From Lytechinus pictus (taxonomy: Eukaryota), in assembly GCF_037042905.1 (NCBI RefSeq), contig NC_087251.1, positions 44,146,001-44,210,000 of the forward strand: 64,000 nucleotides of DNA, in the 5' to 3' direction. Below the pieces are notes generated by a model. That model was not told where the DNA came from and made no database searches. It saw nothing but the letters and a program-made list of their open reading frames with translations. A program made the position numbers and the translations under genes. Below, piece by piece: positions 24,140 to 35,860 of this stretch; the first letter of the stretch is position 1, and every line of letters begins with the position of its first letter.

Positions 24140-25743
24140 GTACTGCAACAAATCTTTCAAATTCAGATATCCAAACGGTTGTCTGTTTGTCTTGATCATT
24201 GATATGGGATTATTACACCCTGTGAAAATTTGCATCAGTACAAAATTTATGGTATACTAGTGAGCTGTGGCATTTGTCTGAATGTGCCCTATTTATTTGT
24301 ACTGCTGTCAGCCACAAGGTGGCATGTAAAAAGTAATTCCGTGTATCAAATCCTTTGGAAATCTGATCCTCAGATCACAACCTCTTAATTCCTATTACAT
24401 GATATCATTGTAACCTGGCATTTATCATGAGTGTATATGTTTCATTCTCTATGTATCTATGTCTTGTTTCTTATTATTTTCTTTGAATATATGAAATATA
24501 TATCTAGCATGTAAAGAAGTCTTGTTATTTACTGCAACATAGCCCCCAAAACACTAACAATTTCTATTGCTCTACTGATGCATTCATTAATATGTTTTTA
24601 ATGTGTTTAAATGACATGCTTTATGAACTGATCCTATTTTCTTATGCTCACTCTCTTGTCATGCCTAACATTAAAAAAAAAGAAAAAAAAGATGAAAAAT
24701 AGGTTGCTTAGAATAGTCCATTGCATCTGTATATATATATTTCCTGTCCAACATCACTGCTTTAGACACAGTTATATACCTAACTAAATGATTCAATTAG
24801 TGGTTGTTTATGAAAGATAGAACGAGTGCATATGTACTTTACTGTAGATACTCTTTACACCTGTTTGTAATCTCAATTGTTATTATTTTTTTGCTTTATT
24901 CAAAGCTTCTTCTGTTTTGCATTGCTTCTTTTGTAAACTTATTGAGCCTTCCCCTAATAACTCACAAAGTATTTCAGCAAATGTCTTGTGCCAATTGTTA
25001 GATCTTATGCATTGACGGGCCGACATCTTGCATGCTAAGCTAAGTGATCTGCAACTGGCACATCTCTGACAACTCAATTTTCGCACATTCCCATATCCTC
25101 TGAGGGAGGGCGCTATGAGATAATGATGTCATATGCATAAGGTCTATGGTATCAAGAGAGAGAGGTTAACAATTCATCAATAAAGAGTCAGTTGGTTTTG
25201 CTTATTTATATGAGTTGTGATTTTCTATGATGATATCTACTCATATCTGGTACTTCATTACTAATTTTAAATAAATGTACTCGTAGCACTAATACTGTGA
25301 ATGTATAATATGTTGTATTCACTAATATTATTTACATTTAATACATGAATAAATTTATCCTTGCATATTCTAACATTACATGCAATAATTAGAAATGAGA
25401 CATGGTATGAGCCACCTGTGCTTAAGATTTGCCCTTGAAATGTAGTTACATAGGGGTGACAATTTGAAAAGCCTTTTTTGATACAAAGAGAGAGTGCATT
25501 TTTGTCTCACCTGCATAGCAGAGTGAGACTATAGGCGCCGCTTTTCCGACGGCGGCGGCGTCGGCGTCAACACCAAATCTTAACCTAAGGTTAAGTTTTT
25601 GAAATGACAGCATAACTTAAAATGTATATGGACCTAGTTCATGAAACTTGGCCATAAGGTTAACCAAGTATTACTGTCCATCCTGCTTGAGTTTCACATC
25701 ACATGACCAAGGTCAAAGGTCATTTAGGGTCAATGAACTAGAC

Positions 25744-26555
25744 CAGGGGTTCTCAAACTTTTTCTTTGAAGGGCCAGATGAGACTCCAAGTAAACCTGAA
25801 AGGGCCAGGGTGAAGTGGATACTTAGAAGAAAAAAAATTGTACCTATTGTACCTATACATACCTGGTATTGGTGAGACAGATAATGTCTTGAAGCATCAA
25901 TATTTTTTGTAGTCAAAGTAGATTGAATAATAGAGCATGTCTGTTGTAGACTCTAACAAGAATGTCAGTCTCTCAGTCATGCACTTTCAATATGGGAAAC
26001 GTGACAGTCTGTCAGCAACAAGTTGCTTGAACCTTGGCACAAAAAGGTTTAATTGCCAGACGAAGGCACTGGTGCAAATGTTCACTGGTCAAGCAGGGGC
26101 CGCCGAAGCGGGGGGGGGGGGGGGGGGGGGGCTTCAGCCCCCCCACTTTTTTTTCCAAAACCATGTACAAAAACGTGAAAATGACCATATGATTGTAATT
26201 TTTGCATGGCCAACCCCCCTCCACTTTGAATACCGTTCCGCGGCCTCTGTCCGCAAGGTACTTTGGTATAAGTTAGTTCTTTAACTTTCGCATCTGTATG
26301 TAGATCCAAACATGGTGAGAACAGCGCTGGTCATCTAATAAGAAAGTAGATCGAACAGACAGAAAAGACTCCACAAAACTTTACTTAAGTCAAATTTATT
26401 TGACTGTCATTACTTTTATTACGGTTAGGTCTACATGGATACACAATGTAATCATTTCATATTGTGATTAAAAAAACCCAACAGAGTCTCGCGGGCTGGA
26501 TTGAGAAGCTCTGCGGGCCGGATCCGGCCCGCGGGCCGTAGTTTGAGAACCCCTG
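25744..26555. mobile_element. Non-autonomous hAT (Charlie-like) element nested in the HINE-like copy
   Basis: TIRs caggggttctcaaact / agtttgagaacccctg; perfect 8-bp TSD aactagac (25736-25743, 26556-26563); subterminal gcgggccg motifs. Confidence 0.93.
26094..26249 (-). mobile_element. Short CAG..CTG MITE nested in the hAT element
   Basis: Reverse-complement sister of the copy at about 53198-53346. Confidence 0.75.
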
Positions 26556-28608
26556 AACTAGACCATGTTGGGGGAATCAACATCAAAATCTTAACCTAAG
26601 GTTAAGTTTTTGAAATGTCATCATAACTTAGAAAATATATGAACCTAGTTCATGAAACTTGGGCATAAGGTTAATCAAGTATTACTGAACATCCTGCATG
26701 AGTTTCACGTCACATGACCAAGGTCAAAGGTCATTTAGGGTCAATGAACTTTGGCCAAATTGGGGGTATCTGTTGAACTACCATCATAACTTTGAAAGTT
26801 TATGGATCTGATTCATGAAACTTGGACATAAGAGTAATCAAGTATCACTGAACATCCTGTGCAAGTTTCGCGTCACATGATCAAGGTCAAAGGTCATGTC
26901 AGGTCATTGAACTTTGGCCATTTTAGAGGTAATTATTAGATTGCTGTCATTACTTTCAAATTTTATAGAAATAGTGTATAAAATGTGGATATAGGGGTAA
27001 TCAAGTTTCACTGACAAGTTTTAGGTCACATGATCAAGGTCAAATGTCAATGAACGTAGTATTGTTTCCTTATATGAATGGTGTTTTTTGTGAATAATTA
27101 TTTGATAGTAGTTTTCAAAGTCAGCACTGCTGCTATATTGAATCGCGTGATGCAGGTGAGACCGCCAGAGGCATTCCACTTGTATAATTATCTTCTTTTT
27201 TTTTTACAAAGATATATGGAGCTTAAGAGACAATAATATATTTTGCAAGAAATCACTGCATCCATAAAAAGTTGTCAAGAAATGTCTGCTTTTAAGATTA
27301 TGATGTTAATCAGATAACGATGAATATTGCCATAGAAGTGTCACTTATTTCGAAATTGATGAATGATTTTGTTATTGAAAAGCATGGATGTGTAATCATA
27401 TATGTGATGCATGTTTGCATTGTTTTGTTGATTTTGGGGGTTTTCTGTTTTCTCCAAAGTTAATGAGAATTCGTCAGTTGAGTGTAAATATTGTTTTTGC
27501 ATTCCAAACAATTATAAATAAATTGATCTGCATCAAAGTATGACAACAGTTAATTGACAAAGTACATAAAGTAAAAAATCTGTTCAAAATATATTATGCA
27601 TGCTTGTGTGAATGTATTATGATTTTCCTGTGAACTTTTTCTGATATGTTTGATTTTGATTTAATATAATTTAATGAGCCATTGTTTCATCCATCTTTAG
27701 AAAAATTTGAATGGCAAAGCTTCAGGATAATAATTGTGATATATTACTTCTTAAATTGTGCAAGGTCATTCTTTTTTCCATCTTTGCTTATATAGTTTAT
27801 CCAAGGCCTTTATTCATATAAGATATCGAATATGAAATGGTCTTATGAAGAAAAAATGAATTAATCAGTACTCTACATTTGTGTTAGCTTACATTTAAAT
27901 TTTCTATGAACATTTAAAATAATAATGATGATAATAATAATACAAGGTATTTGTATAGCGCATGTATCCACCTTGTTAAATGCTCTCCTATATTAATTAC
28001 CCTGGCTAAGCTAGGCTACTGATTTTGGTACCCAATCAACTCATCCAGCAATAAGAATTATTCATAATTATGAAGTATTATGTTGAGAAAGATTTTAAAA
28101 CTTTTATTACAATATTTATCAATTTAGTCATATTCTCTGTACATGACTTTAATCTGGTTGTATGTGTTGTAAATGGTTAATGTTAAATCGTAAATCATTA
28201 CAATGCATAAGGCCCCAGTGTTAATAGAAAGAGTTAAGAAACCCTAATTGCAATACATTCGGGCATTTATTATTCCTTTATTTTTGCTATTCCTCATTGC
28301 TATCGCATATTGCATCTAACTTCAATACTAATAATCACGCTGATTTAAGCTGACCTAAACCCTCCATTTTTTGTTTAAACATTTACATGACCTGCCAATC
28401 CTTCTGATTTAATTAGAATTTGGAGACTTCCTTCTCTTGAGAATGAAACATCCTTAGTGAAGTCCTATTTTCCCAGGAAGGTAATCCATTTTCCCTAAAT
28501 GGCAGAGGTGGAAGGGGGGGGGGGGGTGCATTTAATGTCATTATGGTAAGACTGTATAGGGGGAAAACATTCACCGGTCTGGTTTGATCTTTTTATCATT
28601 TGGTACAG

Positions 28609-28701
28609 GATGAAATTCAAACTGCCGTAGTGAAAGAACAGAGTACTGTGAAGACAGTGCTAGAGAGGTTATTCCCTACTGTAACATTAGAACCATCACA
28701 G
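28609..28701 (+). CDS. RRBP1: RRBP1/kinectin-like exon 11 (0->0): DEIQTAVVKEQSTVKTVLERLFPTVTLEPSQ
   Basis: Acceptor ggtacag, donor CAG|gtaagt; 'LxxLFPxV' motif of the family. Confidence 0.9.
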
Positions 28702-29403
28702 GTAAGTTGGTATCATATTCATGTTGCAACCTCACCAATTTAATTTGAATATCCTCATCCCTTTTTTTCCATGTTCGATGGGTGTAAGAGTTCAGCTTTT
28801 TTTTCCAGCTTATTTTCAGCTTTTTGTGAACTTATTTTTTTACAAAAGTGTAGGGGATTTTTTTTCAATTTTAACTATGTTCATTTGTGGTCATTGACAA
28901 CCCTGATGCGAGGAAGGAAATTTCATATTCACAATGGTACAACCAAGGAGTATTACTGGATGGATTAAAAACAAACTTGTTTCTAATGCTGGGTCGTCTT
29001 TTTGTAGGTCCTGGGGACCGTTTCTTAAAGCTGTTCGTAAGTTTAGAATGACTGGTGAACCTTTCTTAAGCGCTTAACCATCGCCAATGAATATACCATT
29101 TAACACAAGAAAGGATCACCAGTCTTTCTTAAAGTCGCTCTTAACATACAAACAGCTGTATGAATCACCCACCCGATGGTGTAACTCATGACCCAGTATC
29201 CCAATGAAAAAAAATCAACACAAATCTAAACTGGATTAAGAACTGAAACTGGACATTGGATTACTGCCCAGGATTTCTCAATTTTTTTGCTGGAATTTAT
29301 CGACCCTTAACGCAATTACTTTGTGAAATCCTATTTGGTTGCTGTCAAATATATTTGTTTACACATATATGTCATTAGGAATGATAATATTGCAATCAAT
29401 TAA

Positions 29404-29987
29404 AGGAGAATGAAACTCTTGGAGCAAGTTAGCTTTTGTGAAAGCAGAAAAATCAAAGACTAAGATCAACAAAACTTTGAGTAAAATAGGACTAGCAATA
29501 AAAGAGTTATGAGCATTTGAATGTCGAGATCACTAATGCTATGGAGATCCTCCCATTGGCAATGCGACCAAGATCTGTGATGTCACACACGTACAACTCT
29601 CCCATTCGGACACTGAAAATATACCCCAAAACATCTCTTTTTGCTCATTCTAATCATATGACAAACGATTCAGCAATGATATAATGTTGTGAAACCTCTG
29701 TACTTGTCATCTCATAAAGAAAACACCTAACCTTGTGATAGACTCTATAAAAAATGAGAATATAAGTGAAATAAGTACTAAAGTAATGAGGGAGTTGTAC
29801 GTGTGTGATATCACAGATCTTGGTCGCATTGCCGATGTGAGGATCTACATGGCACTAGTGATCTCAATATTCAAATGCTCATAACTTTCTTATTATTCAT
29901 TCAATCTTCCTCAAACTTTCAACAATATGTTTCTTTGATTTTTCTCTTTGATATGGATTCAGCTAGTTTCAAGGGTTTCATTCTCCT
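29404..29987. mobile_element. TTAA-flanked palindromic MITE (Kolobok-like, second family)
   Basis: ttaa|aggagaatgaaac ... gtttcattctcct|ttaa; internal inverted blocks such as gcgaccaagatctgtgat / atcacagatcttggtcgc. Confidence 0.88.
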
Positions 29988-30209
29988 TTAACATGATTCA
30001 AGATTCAGGATGTATTTATTCAATTATTTCAGCTCGAAGGCTGAATTGCCATTGAATTAACGGTGAAGAAGACTAAGCTATATTCAAGCTAAGTTTATTT
30101 TGTACTTGAAGGTAAATAGTTTTTGTAAGTTTTATGACAGGGCAGGTTTGATGCATGAGTAAGAACACCTAATGATATTTAAAAAAAACTTTATTTTTTT
30201 ATTTCCTAG

Positions 30210-30287
30210 GATAACAAGGACTGGTTAGCTAAATTTGAAGAGCAAGCAGGCCAGGTACTTAACAGTCAATCTTCCTCAAATTCACAG
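30210..30287 (+). CDS. RRBP1: RRBP1/kinectin-like exon 12 (0->0): DNKDWLAKFEEQAGQVLNSQSSSNSQ
   Basis: Acceptor tttcctag, donor CAG|gtaagt; 'WLxxF' motif as in 'YTEWLQDL'. Confidence 0.9.
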
Positions 30288-30551
30288 GTAAGTTATCATC
30301 CATGGTTGATTAAACATATGGCATAAATTCCTCGCGACATACATGTATAAATGAATTGCTTTTGATATGTATTCCTTTAAGTCATTACTGTTTTATTGTT
30401 GTGCAGTTATATGCAGAATGTGTATTTATCAGTGTATGTTTTGGGTTGGGATTCATTGGTATATTTTATTATACTTCAGGAAATCAAATGAAATGATCTT
30501 TCTTTTTTTAAGTTGATAATATATAATTTTTGTATTTCAATTGCTTTATAG

Positions 30552-30647
30552 GTTGATGAATATGTACTAAAGGTGAATACATTAGAAGCAGAAAAAGAGC
30601 AATTATCATCACAGTGCCAGCATTACCAATCTGTTTTAGCTGATACG
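30552..30647 (+). CDS. RRBP1: RRBP1/kinectin-like exon 13 (0->0): VDEYVLKVNTLEAEKEQLSSQCQHYQSVLADT
   Basis: Acceptor ctttatag, donor ACG|gtaagt. Resembles 'LQAECDQYRSILAET'. Confidence 0.92.
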
Positions 30648-31062
30648 GTAAGTTATCCACACGATCCTTTCCCCCTCCCCCCTGGAAAAGACCAGAATAA
30701 TCCTTAACATATTACACTGGTATGCAGCCTGGCCATCACTATTCCAAACTACCCTACTAAATGCCACTGGCTCAGTTTCTTTTAGAGTTAATTTTTATCA
30801 CTAAGATTGTCCAAAAGATTCATATCAAAATTAATAACTCAACAACACATGCCTAAAAAAGAGCATTGAAAACATAAACACTGGAGCTTTTTGACATGTA
30901 CTCATCAGAGTAAAATTGCATGAATAAAACAGAAAGCTTAATAAAACATTTATAATAGAACCCAAAAAACTGACTGTGGATGCTTAATGACGAGCTGTTA
31001 TTGGCTATCAAGATAAACAAAACTAGGCTTAGTAAACAGCAGTTGATTAAAACAACCGGTAA

Positions 31063-31360
31063 TAGAGTACCGAAGTGATGACGTCACAAAAAACTTTTTT
31101 TGTATTTCCGTGTTTTTGATACCTTATTTTGGTAGAGCTTGATGAAAAACCCCACAACCCAAATTTGGAGGGAATTGATTTATGGGGGCCTTAGATATGA
31201 CATCATGAATACATCATTAGCCCCATTGAAGTCAAGGTATTATTGGCCCTGTTCCAAATTTGGGTTGTGAGGGTTTTTCATCATGCTCTATCAAAATGTG
31301 ATATAAAAAATGCTGACATGCAAAAATGGAAAATTGATGACCTTGCACTTTGGTACTCTA
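31063..31360. mobile_element. Small palindromic MITE with TAG..CTA ends and 3-bp TSD (Academ-like)
   Basis: taa|tagagtaccgaagtg ... cactttggtactcta|taa. Confidence 0.8.
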
Positions 31361-31716
31361 TAAAACACACATGTTCTTGTATGGGAATTGAAAGTATAAA
31401 CAGATAAAAATGAATCATTCATATTTGAATATAATATTCAGCCAAATAGTTTGTAGATGTGTGCTTCTCCCTGCATGGCCCTTTAATCAGGTATCATTTT
31501 ATCATTTTAAAACAAAATATGGATTAAACACAGAGGCCTGGAGGGTACATTTTGTGATTTTAGCAAAGACCAATAATTTGTCACCTTTGTTAGACAAGTC
31601 TAGCATAGATTTTTAAAGAAATCAATAAAAAAAAAAAAAATTATAGTTATTGGGGTATTTTTTGTGTTCCATTGCATGGTTCATTTTATTCTCTCTCTAT
31701 TCTCCCTTTCATTTAG

Positions 31717-32308
31717 AGGACAAGTCCACCTCAACAAAAAGCTGATTTGAATAGAAAGAGAAAATTCAAACAAGCATAACACTGAAAATTTCATCAAAAT
31801 CGGATGTAAAATAAGAAAGTTATGATATTTTAAAGTTTCGCTTAATTTCACAAAACAGTTATATACACATCCTGTTCGGTATGCAAATGAGGGGACCAAT
31901 GACATCATCCACTCACTATTTCTTTTGTTTTTTATTAAATGAAATATTTTGATTTTCTCGTCATTGTCATGGTAAACAAAGTTTCATTCCTCCCTGAACA
32001 CGTGGAATTCCAATATTTTAACATTTTGTGGTTCAGGCAAGTAGGTCCAAATTGTCAAATTCGTAAAAATTGAAATATTGTATAATTCAAACAATAGAAA
32101 ACAAAAGAAATAGTGAGTGAGTGACATCATCGACTCTCTCATTTGCATATCACTGAGTTGAGCATAGAACTGTTTTGTGAAAAATAAGCGAAACTTTAAA
32201 ATGTCGTAATTTTCTTATTTTACATCCGATTTTGATGAAGTTTTCAGCGTTATTCATGTTTGATTCTTCTCTATTTAAGTCAACTGTTTTCTGGGGTGAA
32301 CTTGACCT
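31717..32308. mobile_element. Palindromic MITE (Kolobok-like), same family as 18402-20823
   Basis: aggacaagtccacc ... ggtgaacttgacct|ttaa (left flank reads ttag); long imperfect inverted arms. Confidence 0.88.
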
Positions 32309-32901
32309 TTAATGAAGTCGGAGCAAACTTTTCTCAAGTAACTTGATAATTCAGATCACATCATAACAATGATAATAATTATTTACTTAATTCAGCATAT
32401 TAAATGCCTGCAGTGATAAATTATGAAATTGGTTCAAGTATTCTATTGCCCTTTATTTATATTCATAGTACTGGGATTTTCACTAAAATTCTGTTTGTTA
32501 GCAACTATGTTAATTGATTTATCAATTGCCTTCTTTCATACAAGACAAACTTTCTTCTCTCAAATTGCACATTTATTTATTCCTTGTGTGATATTTGAAA
32601 ATTAAATGCTTTTTTAATTCACTCCATGTTAAAAAGTGAAAGTCATTTGTGTAGAGCGCTGCCAATTCTATGCTATCCTCTAGCATATGGCGGATGTAGC
32701 TATCCTGATACTCCAGCAAGCCAACAAAATTGCTATCTTGATAAATTAGCCTCCCAGTTTTTGTGAAAATCCTTGTACTCCAGTGAGAGTGTGTTTCCTT
32801 CTTTGGAAATGGTAGCTCACGATTGTTCAATTGTCAATGTCTTGATGTTGATTGTTACTATGACCATTGTAGTGTTTGTGTCTAAGATGAATTACTGAAA
32901 C

Positions 32902-33162
32902 CAGGGTTGGCTGGAATGGGAAATACTAATGGTAAATACTGCCTCGATCATTTTTTAGGAAAAGGGGGGAAAAAGTTGAAAATGCAGGGAAATACTATGA
33001 AATCTAATTCTTGAATATTTTCAGGTATTGCCCAGGAGTTTCTAAAGCATATTCTGGCATTTTCTTGTACATTTTAAGTACTTCCAAGCATTTACAAGTT
33101 TTTCGCAGTATTTCCCACCTGGTCGGGAAATAGCAAAATTTCCCTGGAAATTGCCAACCCTG
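32902..33162. mobile_element. hAT-like MITE
   Basis: cagggttggc ... gccaaccctg; TSD not intact. Confidence 0.65.
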
Positions 33163-34896
33163 GTATGAACATTGATTTGTCATGTACTGTCTTATTAGTA
33201 TTCAATTACTTTAAGTCTTGTATTGCATTTATTTGCTATGTTTTTTGTAAAGTTATGATTTTCTGTTCTTGATTTTTAGTGTTGATTGGCATGAAAGTGC
33301 ATTGAAATGTAGATTGTTTTATTTTGAGATAAATCTATCGCTTGTTATGAATTTCATTTGTATTTGATTTGTTTTATTTGTGTAAGGTGGGTTGATGGTG
33401 TTTCAACCCTTTTTAGACCAGAAATTTGCTGCTTTTATGATTTTACTTGATTTATACATTCACATTGCCTTTGCCCAACCTGTTTTTTTTTTTAGCACCT
33501 GTACCGGTAAATTTAAAAGAAAATCTGAAATCACAAAATTATTTTACAGAAAGAAGAATAAAAGTTTTTAGTTTGACTCACTTGTCTATTTAGAAGAGAG
33601 AACACTCTGAATTTGTAGCCTATCTTGTTCCCTGCTCATTCGACATTAATGAATTTTGAAATGGCACTATCTTCCTCAGGAATGGCACCACTCATCCTGG
33701 CTGGTTTTCCAGGAAATTACAATTCAAATTTTCAACAATGCCAATCTAAACAAACGTCTTTCTCCATTTTGTTTTGAATTCAACTTTAAAGTTTTTGAAA
33801 TAGTGCCTATTTCAATATGCCTGCTGCATTATTTTGTGTGAGGGATTGTATTAAAAATACCCTCTGTTAATGTTTTCCACTCTGACATAGTCATAAATGA
33901 GTCAAAATTATTATGCTTTGAAATTCTTGGTTTTCTGCATGGTGTGCACTGTATGTTGTTTTTATTATTTTTTTATATTTTTACTGTGTAATTAAATAAA
34001 GAAATTTATTGCGTATTTTTTATGTTGAGTATATTACACTTTTATTTTATTAGTGCTTGAATTTTTCATTTAAATTATTCAAATTTCAATTTCAAATTGT
34101 GTTTAATTAATAGTAACATTAATGGAACAAAATCCATCAAATTTCAAGAGCATATTCCAAGAGTGTGTTTATCTAATGCCATTTTTATGGTGGATGTGAT
34201 ATGTGATGGTTTATTTCAATTACTGAAAAGACCAAAACAATGCAAGATACACGTTTTCTTGAATGATTAAAGTGTATATTTTCTTCCCACATTCAAAAGA
34301 ATGTTCCACTTAAGTGTACATGTAATTGCACACTAATCTCACACACACATTTTTTTTTTTTTTTTTGAGGGGGGGGGGCATGAACAGCCTAAGGAAAACA
34401 AATTATTCATACAAGGCTCCACATATCTCTTTTTGTTGGTGTCCCGATCAGTCCACCAAAATCATCAATTTCATATTTTTGGTGGCACACAAAGCAAATT
34501 TGGTGGCCGTAAAACAATAGAAAACATTACAATTTATCTTAACTTTGGGAGCCCAACCAGGCCACCATGTGTGGGCTTTTACCGAATTTTGGTGGCCCAA
34601 CTCTCATTTTTGGTTGCCCCGGGCCACTGCCAATGTTGAGCCCTTCATATAGGTGGATTTTATACCAGGCTTGATTGCCTTCTGTACAATAAGATTGACA
34701 AATTTGTACTTGTTGCATGTTGTGATTTAACCTAGTTATTGTTACCTAACTTTCCTTTGCACGTCTTCGTATACCTACCTTGTTGGTTTGTCTTGTTCTT
34801 GTCTTGCATTGTGCTTTTTGAAACAAAAACACACACAAAAAAACAAAAATATATGGAACAAAGGGCTCGTACTGGTCGAACTGGTTGATGTTGCAG

Positions 34897-35241
34897 GAGG
34901 GAATGGTCGACAAGCTCCAGCAGAGCGTGGAGAGCGAGGAGGAGCGCTTCAAAGGTCGGATCCATACCCTGGAGGCGGAGAAGGAGCAGCTTGATAGGAA
35001 ATGCAAGGAGCTCCAGGGAGCCGGCGTATCGCGAGGAGGCCAGGAGGCCTTGAAGAGGTTAGAAGATAAAAATAGCGAACTCTCGGATCAGAACGAGGAG
35101 CTAGAAAGGAGAGTCGAGTCTGCGGAGGAGAGGTTAGACACGGCGGAGGCGAGGTTGAGAGATCGAATCGGAGAGATGGAGAAGGAGAAGGTTCAACTCA
35201 CAGCGCAGTGTCATCACTACCAAGTGGTGTTGAAAGAAACC
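34897..35241 (+). CDS. RRBP1: RRBP1/kinectin-like exon 14 (0->0, 115 aa, internal repeat, probable cassette exon): EGMVDKLQQSVESEEERF...QLTAQCHHYQVVLKET
   Basis: Acceptor ttgcag (possible in-frame alternative at 34863/34864), donor ACC|gtaagc; fully open, Glu-rich coiled coil. Confidence 0.88.
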
Positions 35242-35860
35242 GTAAGCTATATCATTGTCAGCTGTACGCACGCTTTGGTATCTTGATTTGTTTGTTTTTT
35301 AATGTTCGATTGTGGGAAAAACTGGGTGTTAAAAAAAAAACCTTGTACATCAAATTTTGAGGACAGCTTGATTTTAGAATTATGACAGTAGCAAACCTCT
35401 TGCCTTTGAAATAAATTACAAGACTGCTTCCAGGCAATGAGGTTGCCAGCAAAAAGCCGTATTTTAGAAAATTTCTAAACTACATCTTTTTTTTTCTTTT
35501 GCGCCAAGCTGCTCTCATTACTTTTGCAATTAGAAATACAAGGTTTTTTAACAGACAAGCAACGATTATATAACTCTTGAGATATAAGATAAATGTAGTT
35601 GTTTAGGTTACTAGTGGTGGATGGTAAAGGATAATGGAGCATAGCCTTGCATATTTCCCTCATAAACATTAGGTCAAAATGGAGGAAGTTAGATTTTAGA
35701 GTGGTTTTTACTTTGTTATTCATTAGAAAAGAAATTACTGCAAATGAGACATATCGCAAAATGGGGCATGGCCGCAGCTAATCCATTGTTCATTACCATT
35801 TCATGCACTAATTCAATATTTTGTGATTTATTTTATTTTGCATTTTGTTTGAATATATAG

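Larger units (their letters stand above)
25499..27183 (+). mobile_element. HINE-like (Helentron-associated) element with 4 internal repeat units and a nested hAT
   Basis: T-rich flank, subterminal inverted repeats gtctcacctgcat/atgcaggtgagac, (GGC)n, 191/163-bp units, ends attccacttgt. Family assignment inferred from architecture. Confidence 0.8.

Noticed and set aside
28417..28480. Candidate extra exon (aattag|...GAAG|gtaatc)
   Set aside because: 64 nt, TGA in the required frame 0, and no coiled-coil character.
22562..28608. Mutually exclusive partner for exon 10
   Set aside because: No paralogous LREKN-like exon found by eye in the flanking introns.
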